Assembly: GCA_963699165.1 (NCBI GenBank)
Contig: OY969413.1
Span: 276,562-340,561, forward strand
Length of the DNA: 64,000 bases
Direction of reading: 5' to 3'
Source of the DNA: Candidatus Kaiserbacteria bacterium
GTDB taxonomy: Bacteria; Patescibacteriota; Minisyncoccia; Phycocordibacterales; Phycocordibacteraceae
In this document: positions 10,204 through 18,912 of the stretch, in pieces
Layout: each line of letters starts with the position of its first letter
How positions within the stretch are numbered: position 1 is the first letter of the stretch
Translations under genes and position numbers: made by a program
The notes under the pieces: generated by a model
Databases searched by the model: none
Told to the model about the DNA's origin: nothing
The model's input: only the letters and a program-made list of their open reading frames with translations

Positions 10204-10231
10204 CTTGAACTCACGAGAAGACCGCTTTTTC

Positions 10232-11282
10232 GGTTTAAAGAAAGAAATGGGAGGCTGAATTAAGCGCCATCCCGCAGTAATTTGGATATGACTTTGTACC
10301 GGCGGTCGCGCCGCAGACCGTGATGCACGCCTAGTTTCTTCTTTAGTGCAGAGAAGGAACCGTCGAGCGAATTGGTGGTGTTCGGTATGTGTAGTTCCGG
10401 ATATTTTTGATACGTAAAAAGATTCGAGAGGTTCGTTGCAAGCGATCGGTATGCGGCGCGGACATTCTTGTGAGTGAAGTGCCACTTCGTCTTGCCGCTC
10501 TCGAAGGTTGAGACGGTCTTCTCGCTGATGAAATCCTTCCAGCGTTCGTACCACACAGTGAGCGCTGCAGAAAAGGTTGCCTCATCGGTTTTCGTGAGGG
10601 TGTGGACAAGTGCGAGGAGCTCCTTGCCTGCCTCGGTCTTGGGACGGCTCGTGAGATATCGCCCGACGATTTTGATTTGGTGGAACTGACAGATTTGCAC
10701 CGGGATATCCTCAAATACCTTGAGAAATCCTCGTCGTCCGTCGACCACAGCTGCGGTGAAGACCCAGCCGCGTTCCTCAAGAATCTGCCGTGCGTATCGA
10801 TAGTGGACCATGAGCTCGCTCGCGACTTCGTGCCACCAGATGTTCTTCGCGAGCGGCCAGGCGCGGAAGACGCAGACGCCATAATGGCGACCCCAGAAGG
10901 TGGTGTCGGCAATAACGACAGTTGTGTGCGGTTCGGTCTCGGCAATCGGTACACTGACCGTATCAAGTTGTTTGCGTACCCACACATGCGAACGGCCATG
11001 CTTTTTGGCGAGCTGTTTGAGCGTCTGCTTGCCCTCGATATATTCTTCCCAGAGTTCAGTACCGACTCCAGTGTCGCGCCGTGGTGATTGAAATTGAGAT
11101 CCACAATTCAGGCATTTGTATCGTTGCAGAGTATTCCTCTTTCCATTCTTCTTGCTCCGTGCGTCACCGCATTCGGGACAGATTCGGCCACTTTTTTAAG
11201 ACGCATGTTAAATATTTGTTGTTCTAGCTTGTATGTACGCCACCATATCACGAAATCAGCCTCCCAAAAGTTTCTTTAACCG
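10232..11282 (-). mobile_element. IS256-like insertion sequence (Zn-ribbon type), 1051 bp
   Basis: Imperfect IRs GGTTTAAAGAAAGAAATGGGAGGCTGA / CGGTTAAAGAAACTTTTGGGAGGCTGA; 8-bp TSD GCTTTTTC at 10224-10231 and 11283-11290. Confidence 0.85.
10260..11206 (-). CDS. IS256-like transposase, needs a -1 frameshift at the A6 run (11192-11197)
   Basis: ATG CGT CTT AAA AAA, then -1 frame SGRICPEC...YKCLNC; IADTT, VVDGRRG, QICQFH, TTNSLDG. Confidence 0.78.
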
Positions 11283-11857
11283 GCTTTTTCGCGTGCGTGC
11301 ACTTCTGCAAGACGCTTCGTGAGCCGGTGTTCCGGCAATCGTTTTTGCGCAATGCGCAGCGCTTCGCCGTGATACCACGCATAGTCGGCAGACGGCTGAC
11401 GCCAGCGCGCGAGCAATGACTCGCCTTCCTTTGCATACGCCTCAATCTTGCTTTCGATGTTGTCGATTTTATCCGCAACGGCAATGAGCACCGCATCGTC
11501 GTTCGCCTCTTCAAGACGGCGCAGATAATCCTCTTTTCGCTCCCTCCAGCCAAGCTTCTTTCCGTCGATTTCTTTCAACTCGCTTACCGACTCCACAAGC
11601 GTTGCGACTCGTTCGTTAAAAACGGCGGCGATTTCCTCGCGCATCGTGCCGGTATCTTCAATCGTGTCGTGCAAAAGCGCGGCCGTCACAACATCGTCAT
11701 CGGCGCCACTCTGCCCATCCGAATCCTCGGCGACAAGCAGCGCCACCGAAAAAAAATGTGTGATGTACGGCAACGGCTCCGCCTCGCGCCGCATCTGACC
11801 GTTATGTTTTTTCGCCGCAAATTGAATCGCTTTTTTGATTTGCGGCGTGTGGTTCAT
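11276..11857 (-). CDS. HD-domain protein, small alarmone hydrolase (SpoT-HD/Mesh1)-like; last residues changed by the IS
   Basis: HNGQMR, PYITH, AALLHDTIEDT, VADKIDN; pre-insertion end was EKAVFS*, now EKAG*. Confidence 0.88.
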   Translation of the reverse strand: MNHTPQIKKAIQFAAKKHNGQMRREAEPLPYITHFFSVALLVAEDSDGQSGADDDVVTAALLHDTIEDTGTMREEIAAVFNERVATLVESVSELKEIDGKKLGWRERKEDYLRRLEEANDDAVLIAVADKIDNIESKIEAYAKEGESLLARWRQPSADYAWYHGEALRIAQKRLPEHRLTKRLAEVHAREKAG

Positions 11858-11878
11858 GAGTTCAGTATATCAAAGTGA

Positions 11879-11911
11879 AAACCGCGGCCACCGTTTACGG
11901 CGACCGCGGTT
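11879..11911. terminator. GC-rich hairpin, likely terminator
   Basis: AACCGCGG...CCGCGGTT inverted repeat with a T run on the minus strand. Confidence 0.6.
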
Positions 11912-11927
11912 CTTGATATCCTCGCGA

Positions 11928-12617
11928 TTAGGCAGCGAGGTCGTTCGACATCGTCGGGCAGTAACGATTCTTGTTGCCGGGACTTTCGAACCAGCGTATG
12001 TCGCAACTCCATGCGCCGTCCGTCCCGCAGCACAGAATAACGTGGTAACGCCCGCCGTCCGGACCGCGCAACTCAGTACCGAGAAATTCAATTTGCCGGA
12101 TGGATGGGTGCATGACGTGCAACCATTCGAGCGTTCGCTGTCCTTCTTGAATCAGCAATGCCCTTGCGATTTGCGCATCAAGGCGGACGCATCCGATTTC
12201 TGCGAGCAGGCGAACTTTATCGTCCGCCGTTTTCGATGATGGATGCGAAACGAATTTCACTTTTGCGAAATCGATCTGCGTGAGCGCCAAGGAACGCGCG
12301 TCCTGCCGTTCCTCGCCGGTCAAGCCGTCCCCTTCGCGCGGACCTCGCCAGATGCCCCATCCTGGCTGCCTGACGAACTCCGACGGATGGAAAAGCCGCT
12401 TCCGATCTACGGTAAGCGGCGGACACGGAACGCGGAAATTTCCGCCGTTCGACACGATGATCTCGAATCGATTTGCGAAATCCTGCGCGGGCAACCCGAG
12501 GAGGGTTCCCAATCCGTTTCCCGAGACATTCCGCCAATCAATCCCTTGCAGCCGTCGGAAGAACTCGCGGACTTGTTCAGAGGATGGTGGTTCTTGCTGT
12601 GTCAATTCTGTCTCCAA
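11928..12617 (-). CDS. Hypothetical protein, C-terminus similar to the 28405-28998 protein
   Basis: 229-aa ORF; FLGTELRGPDGGRYHVILCCGTDGAWSCDIRWF aligns by eye with FWGTVYRHRVGNLYVRYLYWRDGRWNWGAYWL; start uncertain. Confidence 0.65.
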   Translation of the reverse strand: METELTQQEPPSSEQVREFFRRLQGIDWRNVSGNGLGTLLGLPAQDFANRFEIIVSNGGNFRVPCPPLTVDRKRLFHPSEFVRQPGWGIWRGPREGDGLTGEERQDARSLALTQIDFAKVKFVSHPSSKTADDKVRLLAEIGCVRLDAQIARALLIQEGQRTLEWLHVMHPSIRQIEFLGTELRGPDGGRYHVILCCGTDGAWSCDIRWFESPGNKNRYCPTMSNDLAA

Positions 12618-12737
12618 AAAGAACGTGTTTCAGTTTCGAATCCTAGCGTGTTGCGGCGATTATGCAAACCGTTCGCGTATAAAACAACGACCCGCGGCTT
12701 CCTGCGAAGCTCGCGGGTCAGGGTCCGGATTCCAGCT

Positions 12738-12866
12738 TTAGTTCTTGGCGACATGAGTATTTGGCTGGACGTAGCCGCTCGTTGGGGTGTACTGCTGGTC
12801 GGCTATAGAGAAAGCAACTGCAATTATAAGCAGCGAGAGAACGGCTGTGGCAATGTATTGGCGCAT
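12738..12866 (-). CDS. 42-aa secreted or membrane-anchored peptide
   Basis: SD AGGAG, hydrophobic N-terminus, upstream TTGACA, downstream hairpin at about 12688-12720. Confidence 0.55.
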   Translation of the reverse strand: MRQYIATAVLSLLIIAVAFSIADQQYTPTSGYVQPNTHVAKN

Positions 12867-12942
12867 TACTGGATGACTCCTGGGGTGACAAAGAGTGGTC
12901 TGAGTGAAGTATTCAGCATAAATCTGATTTGTCAATTTTGCC

Positions 12943-13874
12943 TGTACGTTAGTATCGGGTTGTTGACACTTTTCGCGTCGACGAGTTCATTGAAAGCGCA
13001 AAAGGCGCGGTACGATTTTGGTGTTCAGACCATTTAATCGTTAGCGCCTCTTGCATGCACAAGAATACCAAATTGTTGCCGTACCAACGGCGTGAGATGT
13101 TCCGCAGATGGGGTATGGGAGCTCAAGCGACCCATTTGGCCCGAGAATACAAAGTCTCCCGAGAAACCGTATACGAGACACTTAAAGATGCCCGACTGAA
13201 CGTCTTCGAGAATCGTTCCTCGATGAATCACCGATATCGCACCATCCTGTACGGGTTCCAAAAGCTTGCTCGCACCGAAAAGCGCGTGGGAGAGAAGCTC
13301 GCCCGCAAAGCCCATCGATTGAACCGATACGAGAAATCGATACCGGGTGAAATGCTGCATCTCGATACCAAGCGCCTGCCGCTCCTGCGAGGAGAAGCCG
13401 CCGCGCAACCGAGAGAATACCTATTTGTCGCCATTGACGACTACTCTCGTACCGCCTTTGCCGATATCTTCCCCGACAAGACCGCATACTCGGCCGCCAT
13501 GTTCCTCGCCGAGAGCAAGCGAGTATTGCCGTTCCCCGTGACCGGCATCTATTCCGACAACGGGAGCGAGTACCGGGGACGACCGGATCATCCGGTGGCG
13601 GCACTCTGCAGGGAAACGGGCATGAGCCAAGCGTTCACGAAAGTGAAGCATCCCTGGACCAATGGAAAAGCGGAGCGATTCATCAAAACCCTCATGACCG
13701 AATGGCACGGGAAGACACGTTCCAATCACATCTCTCGAGCCCATCGCCGACGCTATTTGTATGCGTTTGTGGACTGGTACAACCAGACCCGCATTCACCA
13801 ATCGCTCGGAACAACTCCATTCGGAAGACTCGAGGCGTACCTAGAAAGTGTCAACAACGCGTTGACTTAGTACA
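12943..13874 (+). mobile_element. IS481-family element A, copy 1 (932 bp)
   Basis: TGT...ACA ends with shared GTTGTTGACACT; 7-bp TSD TTTTGCC; near-identical to 36436-37367. Confidence 0.95.
13055..13870 (+). CDS. IS481-family transposase (element A)
   Basis: MHKNTKLLP start, LHLDTK, AIDDYSR, SDNGSEY, TNGKAERF. Confidence 0.93.
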   Translation: MHKNTKLLPYQRREMFRRWGMGAQATHLAREYKVSRETVYETLKDARLNVFENRSSMNHRYRTILYGFQKLARTEKRVGEKLARKAHRLNRYEKSIPGEMLHLDTKRLPLLRGEAAAQPREYLFVAIDDYSRTAFADIFPDKTAYSAAMFLAESKRVLPFPVTGIYSDNGSEYRGRPDHPVAALCRETGMSQAFTKVKHPWTNGKAERFIKTLMTEWHGKTRSNHISRAHRRRYLYAFVDWYNQTRIHQSLGTTPFGRLEAYLESVNNALT

Positions 13875-13942
13875 TTTTGCCGATGGATGCAAGCATGGCT
13901 CGCAGTCGAGATTTTCGACTGCGAGCCAGGTGGTGCGGGACT

Positions 13943-14677
13943 TTATCGGAGGATGCAGGATTCGGCGTCGGCAGCGTTGGGGTTGATCGGATGACCGATA
14001 TAGACCGGACCCAGAGTCCATGTGCCTGCCATCGCGGTAGTCCGGTGTTCTTTTCCATTAGCATCCACCACGATGTAGATTCGTGGATGTTGATGCGTGA
14101 GGTCTTTTTGCCAAGCCACCTTTGTATCCACCGCCAGATACAACGTATTGGACGGCTGTTGCCGTGCTGTTCCGTAGCGCTTTAGCGTTCGGGAGTAAGC
14201 ATTTGGCGAATAGCCATTGATGTCGATGGCGTCTGCAGTTAACGGACCGCCCTCGTTCGCTCCAAGGGCGATGACCGCGCTGTCGGCAGCATGAACACAG
14301 TGCGAGCTCAGCAGCGTAGCTACCAGATTTTTGCTGAAGGCAATCAGTTCAGCCGTCGATGCCGGACGAAGATCGTTGTTCTTCATTGTCGCCAGAACGG
14401 ATTCCGCAGTGGCATTCCTCGGCGCTGACACGATTACCATTGGTGTCGACTCCGCTCGATGTACTTCTCGATCCGACGGCAGCAGCGATGGGTCAATGCC
14501 CCGGCTTTGGTCGTAGTATGAGAAGTCGTAGACGGGCGGCAGCAGCGCGGACAAGTCCGGCTGTGTTGCCTCAATGTGAGGATTTGTTTTGTCGATTGCA
14601 TAATCTGCAAACGCATCACTGGGCATTTGAAACGCCAGCGCGATGACAGACGCCAATACCAGAATGAATTTCCGCAT
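13943..14677 (-). CDS. Hypothetical secreted protein
   Basis: SD GAGGAG, signal peptide MRKFILVLASVIALAF...AFA, promoter TTGACA-18-TATAAT upstream. Confidence 0.7.
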   Translation of the reverse strand: MRKFILVLASVIALAFQMPSDAFADYAIDKTNPHIEATQPDLSALLPPVYDFSYYDQSRGIDPSLLPSDREVHRAESTPMVIVSAPRNATAESVLATMKNNDLRPASTAELIAFSKNLVATLLSSHCVHAADSAVIALGANEGGPLTADAIDINGYSPNAYSRTLKRYGTARQQPSNTLYLAVDTKVAWQKDLTHQHPRIYIVVDANGKEHRTTAMAGTWTLGPVYIGHPINPNAADAESCILR

Positions 14678-14727
14678 AATTTGCTCCTCAGACATGATAT
14701 GTGGTGATGTGAAGGTTCTCTAGAAAT

Positions 14728-14757
14728 ATTATACTCAATAAACATGAAGATTGTCAA
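14728..14757 (-). promoter_or_regulatory. Consensus sigma70 promoter abutting element B copy 1
   Basis: TTGACA-N18-TATAAT on the minus strand. Confidence 0.8.
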
Positions 14758-15797
14758 TATTTTGTACGCGTCCAGTACTTTTGGCAGTCCCCGACGGTTA
14801 ATGTACACACAATATACCGCAAGGGGGACACCATGCCGAGCGACTGGTGCGGGCGTTTGGTGTTGTACCAGATCAGCCAGTCGACAAGCTTCAGATTGAA
14901 GGAATGAATATCGTCCCGCAGCAGGCCCCGATTCAGCATGATGAAGTCCTCGGAGACGGTGCGATTGAATCGTTCGACGTGGGCATTCATCTTGGGAGTG
15001 CGGGGGCGGGTGTGAAAGTGCGTGAGCCCGAGTTCGGCACAGGCATCCTCGAAGTGTTTGGCGAACTCGCTCCCGTTGTCGGTCTGCAACTCGTCGATAT
15101 CGAAGGGGCAAACCTCGATGACTCGGCGAAGGAAGTCGTCCGCGCTTCTCGACGAGTGGTTCGTATACGCGCCCGCAAAGGCGAACTTCCGCTCCACATC
15201 CACTGCCGTGAGGACGTACCGCTTCACGCCGTCGATGAAGCGGACGACGGTATCGAGCTCCATGCCGCGCTTGCCGGTGCGGCGAAGCTTGGTACGGCGT
15301 TTCTGCGGTGTTTCCGTGTGATTGCCCGTACGTGCGTGGAACGAGAGCCGGCTCTGCTGCGGGAGCAGACCGCGGTTCTTCAAATCCAGAATGACCCGCC
15401 CAACGTATGACTCCGACACGGAGTGCCCTTCTTCGCGCAGGAGAACGGCAAGCTTTGCTTTCCCAAGCCGGGGATGCGCCTGTCGTTCGCGGATGATGAA
15501 ATCCTCGACCTCGGGCAGAACAGTCCTCCTTCGACGCGCCTTCGGCGCAGTGCTCTTCGGGTCAAGTGCATCAATGCGGCCCTCGTGGGCTTTGAGTTCC
15601 TCCTTCCAGCGATACAAGGTGCGCTCCGAGGTGCCAAAGGCGTCGTATGCGGCCTCCGTCCCGTGCATGTCCCAGAATCCCAATATCTTCACCCGTCTGT
15701 CGACTTCCTTTGGTTTCCGCATATGCCGCAATCGTATCGTCCTTTCCCACATGCTCAACCAGCCCTTCGTACCCCTGAAATTGCTTCTGATGTGCAT
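14754..15797 (-). CDS. IS481-like DDE transposase (element B); stop codon lies outside the element
   Basis: HTH, MELDTV, QTDNGSEF, MNAHVERFNRT; ORF runs through the IR and TSD to the TGA in TTGACA. Confidence 0.92.
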   Translation of the reverse strand: MHIRSNFRGTKGWLSMWERTIRLRHMRKPKEVDRRVKILGFWDMHGTEAAYDAFGTSERTLYRWKEELKAHEGRIDALDPKSTAPKARRRRTVLPEVEDFIIRERQAHPRLGKAKLAVLLREEGHSVSESYVGRVILDLKNRGLLPQQSRLSFHARTGNHTETPQKRRTKLRRTGKRGMELDTVVRFIDGVKRYVLTAVDVERKFAFAGAYTNHSSRSADDFLRRVIEVCPFDIDELQTDNGSEFAKHFEDACAELGLTHFHTRPRTPKMNAHVERFNRTVSEDFIMLNRGLLRDDIHSFNLKLVDWLIWYNTKRPHQSLGMVSPLRYIVCTLTVGDCQKYWTRTKY

Positions 15798-15842
15798 ATA
15801 TCCTCGGTTATGAGGACTGCCAAATGTATCTGAACTTATGCA
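14763..15842 (-). mobile_element. IS481-family element B, copy 1 (1080 bp)
   Basis: Ends TGTACGCGTCCAGTACTTTTGGCAGTCC / TGCATAAGTTCAGATACATTTGGCAGTCC; 5-bp TSD TATTT; near-identical to 45559-46638. Confidence 0.93.
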
Positions 15843-15862
15843 TATTTTGCGTGCAGGCAGAG

Positions 15863-16531
15863 TCAGAGCCACCCTATTGGCTTCTCGGCATGCTCGATAA
15901 GATATGTATTCGTTTTACTAAAGGGCTTGCTTCCAAAAAAACCGTTTGAGGCGGAAAACGGCGACGGATGCGCGGATTCGAGAACCAGATGTTTGCTGCG
16001 GTCGATGTGCGCGCCTTTTGCTTTTGCATAGTTGCCCCACAGTATGAAAACCAAATGTTCGCGTTCTGCAGAAAGCGCGGCAATGACTGCATCGGTGAAT
16101 TGTTCCCAGCCGCGCGATTGGTGCGAGCCGGCGGCGTGGGCGCGTACGGTGAGAGTCGCGTTTAGAAGCAAAACGCCCTGCTCTGCCCATCGTGAGAGGT
16201 CGCCGCTCGTATGCTCGAGCGGCGCGCTCAAGTCATCCTCGATTTCTTTAAAAATATTTTTGAGCGACGGCGGGAGCGTCTGATTTTCTTCGACCGCGAA
16301 GGCAAGACCGTTTGCCTGCCCGTCGCCATGATACGGGTCTTGGCCGAGAATGACGACTTTTACTTTTTCAAACGGGCAAAGGTCGAATGCGCGAAAAATG
16401 TTTTTCGGCGCAGGGTACACTGCGCCGGTTTTGTACTCGTTTTTTACGAACGCGGCGAGTTCGGAAAAATACTGTTTTGCAAATTCGCCCGCGAGCTGCT
16501 GTTGCCACGAGGGTTCGATTTTCACTTCCAT
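15863..16531 (-). CDS. ung: Uracil-DNA glycosylase, family 1
   Basis: GQDPYH, GVLLLN, HPSPFS. Confidence 0.96.
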   Translation of the reverse strand: MEVKIEPSWQQQLAGEFAKQYFSELAAFVKNEYKTGAVYPAPKNIFRAFDLCPFEKVKVVILGQDPYHGDGQANGLAFAVEENQTLPPSLKNIFKEIEDDLSAPLEHTSGDLSRWAEQGVLLLNATLTVRAHAAGSHQSRGWEQFTDAVIAALSAEREHLVFILWGNYAKAKGAHIDRSKHLVLESAHPSPFSASNGFFGSKPFSKTNTYLIEHAEKPIGWL

Positions 16532-16535
16532 GGGT

Positions 16536-16814
16536 TTACAAAGCTCCCTCGGCTTCGAGCAGTTCGCGCTTGCGCGCATCGCCGCGGTTGTAGCGGCCGA
16601 GCTCGCCGTTCGCGCGAATAACGCGATGGCATGGCACGGTCGGGTCGAAATTTTTTTTAATGACCGTGCCGACCGCGCGCTGCGCGCGCGGCCTGCCGAC
16701 GGCTTTCGCGATGTCGCCGTAACTTCTTGTCTCCCCTTTCGGGATACGGCGTACGGCAGCCAGAACGCGCTTTGCAAACACGTCGGCAGCCCTCGCGGTT
16801 TTACTGCCATACAT
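16536..16814 (-). CDS. MGMT/Ogt-family methylated-DNA--protein-cysteine methyltransferase domain protein
   Basis: IPKGETRSYG, RAVG, PCHRVI. Confidence 0.88.
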   Translation of the reverse strand: MYGSKTARAADVFAKRVLAAVRRIPKGETRSYGDIAKAVGRPRAQRAVGTVIKKNFDPTVPCHRVIRANGELGRYNRGDARKRELLEAEGAL

Positions 16815-16851
16815 GGAAGCGTTTTCCCTCTCGGTTGAATTTGCCTGCATA

Positions 16852-17640
16852 TTATTTCATCTTTTTCGCTATCGCGTGCAATTCCTGCAATTTCTTGCCT
16901 GCGTTTTCGCGATAGGGGCAATATTCGCACGATAGTCCCGTCTTCGGAATTTCGTCTGATTCCAAACATGCTCTCAATGCGACGAGCGTGCCGGGAATCC
17001 ATGAATCGTCGCCATCGTAGGCCAAAATCGTAATGTCGAATTCGAGCTTTCCGTCGAACGATTTCTTGTCGTTCAGTCCGTTTGCATACACGAAATACGC
17101 CGTCGGGGACACGGAAAATCCGTTCTTGCGAAACAGCCATTGATACACTTCGACTTGCCGCTTGTATTGGATTTTCCATTCGTCTTCAAGCGTCACTTCT
17201 TTTTTCCCGGCCGTCGCTTTGTAATCAACCACATGCAACTCGCCCTTCGGATTGACCCACACATCGTCGATGCCGCCGCGCACAATCAAATTGTTTTCCG
17301 TATCGTGATATTTCACGCCGCGCCGAAGCGCATCGCGCCATTCTTCGAGTTTTTCATGCTTAAAGGGAATCGCATCTATGCCGTATTTTTCCATGAGCGG
17401 ATGCGCCTCGCCTTTTGCGCGGCGGATGTCGAATTCTTTTTTGAAGAGCTCGTCAACCGCGTTGTTGAGCGTAAACGGCGGCGTGTCCGGTCGCCCGATG
17501 CCATACCGCGCTTCGAGCCAAAAACAGCGCGGGCATTCCAAAAAACGGTCGATTTTCGAACGCGATATCGTATACGGTTCGTCGGACGATGCATTAAATC
17601 GTCCTTTTTCCCATTTCAATTTGTATCCTGCAAACGGCAT
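16852..17640 (-). CDS. PD-(D/E)XK nuclease (Cas4/RecB-like) with Cys cluster
   Basis: ECPRCFW, GGIDDVW, VVDYKAT, QVEVY, CEYC. Confidence 0.85.
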   Translation of the reverse strand: MPFAGYKLKWEKGRFNASSDEPYTISRSKIDRFLECPRCFWLEARYGIGRPDTPPFTLNNAVDELFKKEFDIRRAKGEAHPLMEKYGIDAIPFKHEKLEEWRDALRRGVKYHDTENNLIVRGGIDDVWVNPKGELHVVDYKATAGKKEVTLEDEWKIQYKRQVEVYQWLFRKNGFSVSPTAYFVYANGLNDKKSFDGKLEFDITILAYDGDDSWIPGTLVALRACLESDEIPKTGLSCEYCPYRENAGKKLQELHAIAKKMK

Positions 17641-17641
17641 A

Positions 17642-18493
17642 TCAGCGTGTCTCGGGAAGCGAGAATAGCCCATCGGCCTCGGCGAGAATTTCGCCGACGC
17701 GCGCGGGCGAGAGATGCAATACATCGAGCGTGCTTCGGTCGCGCGTGATTTCGTCCACCGCAATCACCTCGTGTTCGATGAGAAGTTTTTTTTCGGCCTG
17801 CGAGAGTTCGGTAAGCGCGGTAATCGGATACACCTTCGAACGAACCATGCGAACGTACAAATTGTCATTCTCGGGATAGCCCCACCCTAGCAACTCCACT
17901 CCGGAACACTCGGCATACGCAATGGCTTCCGTTGTAAATTTCGTGTTTGTAACCAAAATGCCGCGATCAATGGTACAGGTGCTCGATGCCGAATCGCAAT
18001 TAAAAATGTCATCGAATCGGCTTTTTACATACAGTGCCGTCTTCAAATCGGTTTTGTAGCCCGGGTCATTGTGATATTTAAGTTCGGCGGCGAGGTATTC
18101 GTTATTGTCCGGATGCGATGCGTAAAAATCCACTTCGTGCCTTACGCATTTTCCCTGCATAATTTTCCGCGTTTCAACCTTCCATCCTTCGGCGGTATAC
18201 AAATGCGATATGAAGTCCTCAAACGGATGACCGGTCGGGCCGAGATCGAGCATGGCTCGGCGAAGCGCATACCGCGCCGCAACCGGCCGCGCTTCTCTGC
18301 GCAGCATCGAGAATGCGCGCGAATAAATTTCCTTTGAAGATATTCCCGGCACAATCATCTGCGTGATGGATCCTGCGATGCGCTCGGCACTATGCGCGCC
18401 GGCGCCCGCGCGTTCAAGCGAATGCGCAAGCCGCACGGGGTCAAATGTCTCCGTTGTGCCGTCGGCTTTGGTGATGGTCGGCAACGTGCTCAT
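17642..18493 (-). CDS. ATP-cone plus Mrr-like restriction endonuclease domain protein
   Basis: ITKADGTTETFDP ATP-cone start; GPTGHPFE, HEVD, AELKYH, LVTNTKFT. Confidence 0.85.
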   Translation of the reverse strand: MSTLPTITKADGTTETFDPVRLAHSLERAGAGAHSAERIAGSITQMIVPGISSKEIYSRAFSMLRREARPVAARYALRRAMLDLGPTGHPFEDFISHLYTAEGWKVETRKIMQGKCVRHEVDFYASHPDNNEYLAAELKYHNDPGYKTDLKTALYVKSRFDDIFNCDSASSTCTIDRGILVTNTKFTTEAIAYAECSGVELLGWGYPENDNLYVRMVRSKVYPITALTELSQAEKKLLIEHEVIAVDEITRDRSTLDVLHLSPARVGEILAEADGLFSLPETR

Positions 18494-18912
18494 GATGCGG
18501 TAGTTGTCGCGAGCGAGCCGTTTACGGTTGCGGTAATGGGCGTATGCGCGGGTGCGGCTATGGTCGTCGAAAAGGCGACCGTCGTAGGCGCCTGCAGACA
18601 CAAGCCCGTATATTGCGGCATCAGAATTGCGATTTGAATCGTCTGCGTGCTTGAAGATGTGCCGACGAGCGAAGCATGTGCGGAAATGGACGTGCATGCA
18701 TTCGGCGTTACGACGGAGCCGGACAGCGTGTGCGTTCCCCTTCGGAAAATATCATGGACGCTTATGTCAGGGATGGTTGCTTCCTGCGTCGCCCGTGCGG
18801 GCGGGTTCCCGGCATCATGCGTGTGCGGAACCGATAATATAAAACCCGCAACGATAATAATCGCCAAGATAAGGGCGCTAATCCATAGTCGCTTGGTATG
18901 TACGAGTGTCAT
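18490..18912 (-). CDS. Hypothetical membrane-anchored protein
   Basis: N-terminal TM segment, TPNAC and LCLQ cysteine pair. Confidence 0.7.
   Translation of the reverse strand: MTLVHTKRLWISALILAIIIVAGFILSVPHTHDAGNPPARATQEATIPDISVHDIFRRGTHTLSGSVVTPNACTSISAHASLVGTSSSTQTIQIAILMPQYTGLCLQAPTTVAFSTTIAAPAHTPITATVNGSLATTTAS

Noticed and set aside
15863-17179. 438-aa extended Ung ORF from the ORF track
   Set aside because: The extension overlaps the MGMT-like and nuclease genes in other frames; the real start is the ATG at 16531.
16852-17640. cas4 as part of a CRISPR system
   Set aside because: Solo PD-(D/E)XK nuclease among repair and housekeeping genes; no cas1/cas2 or array.
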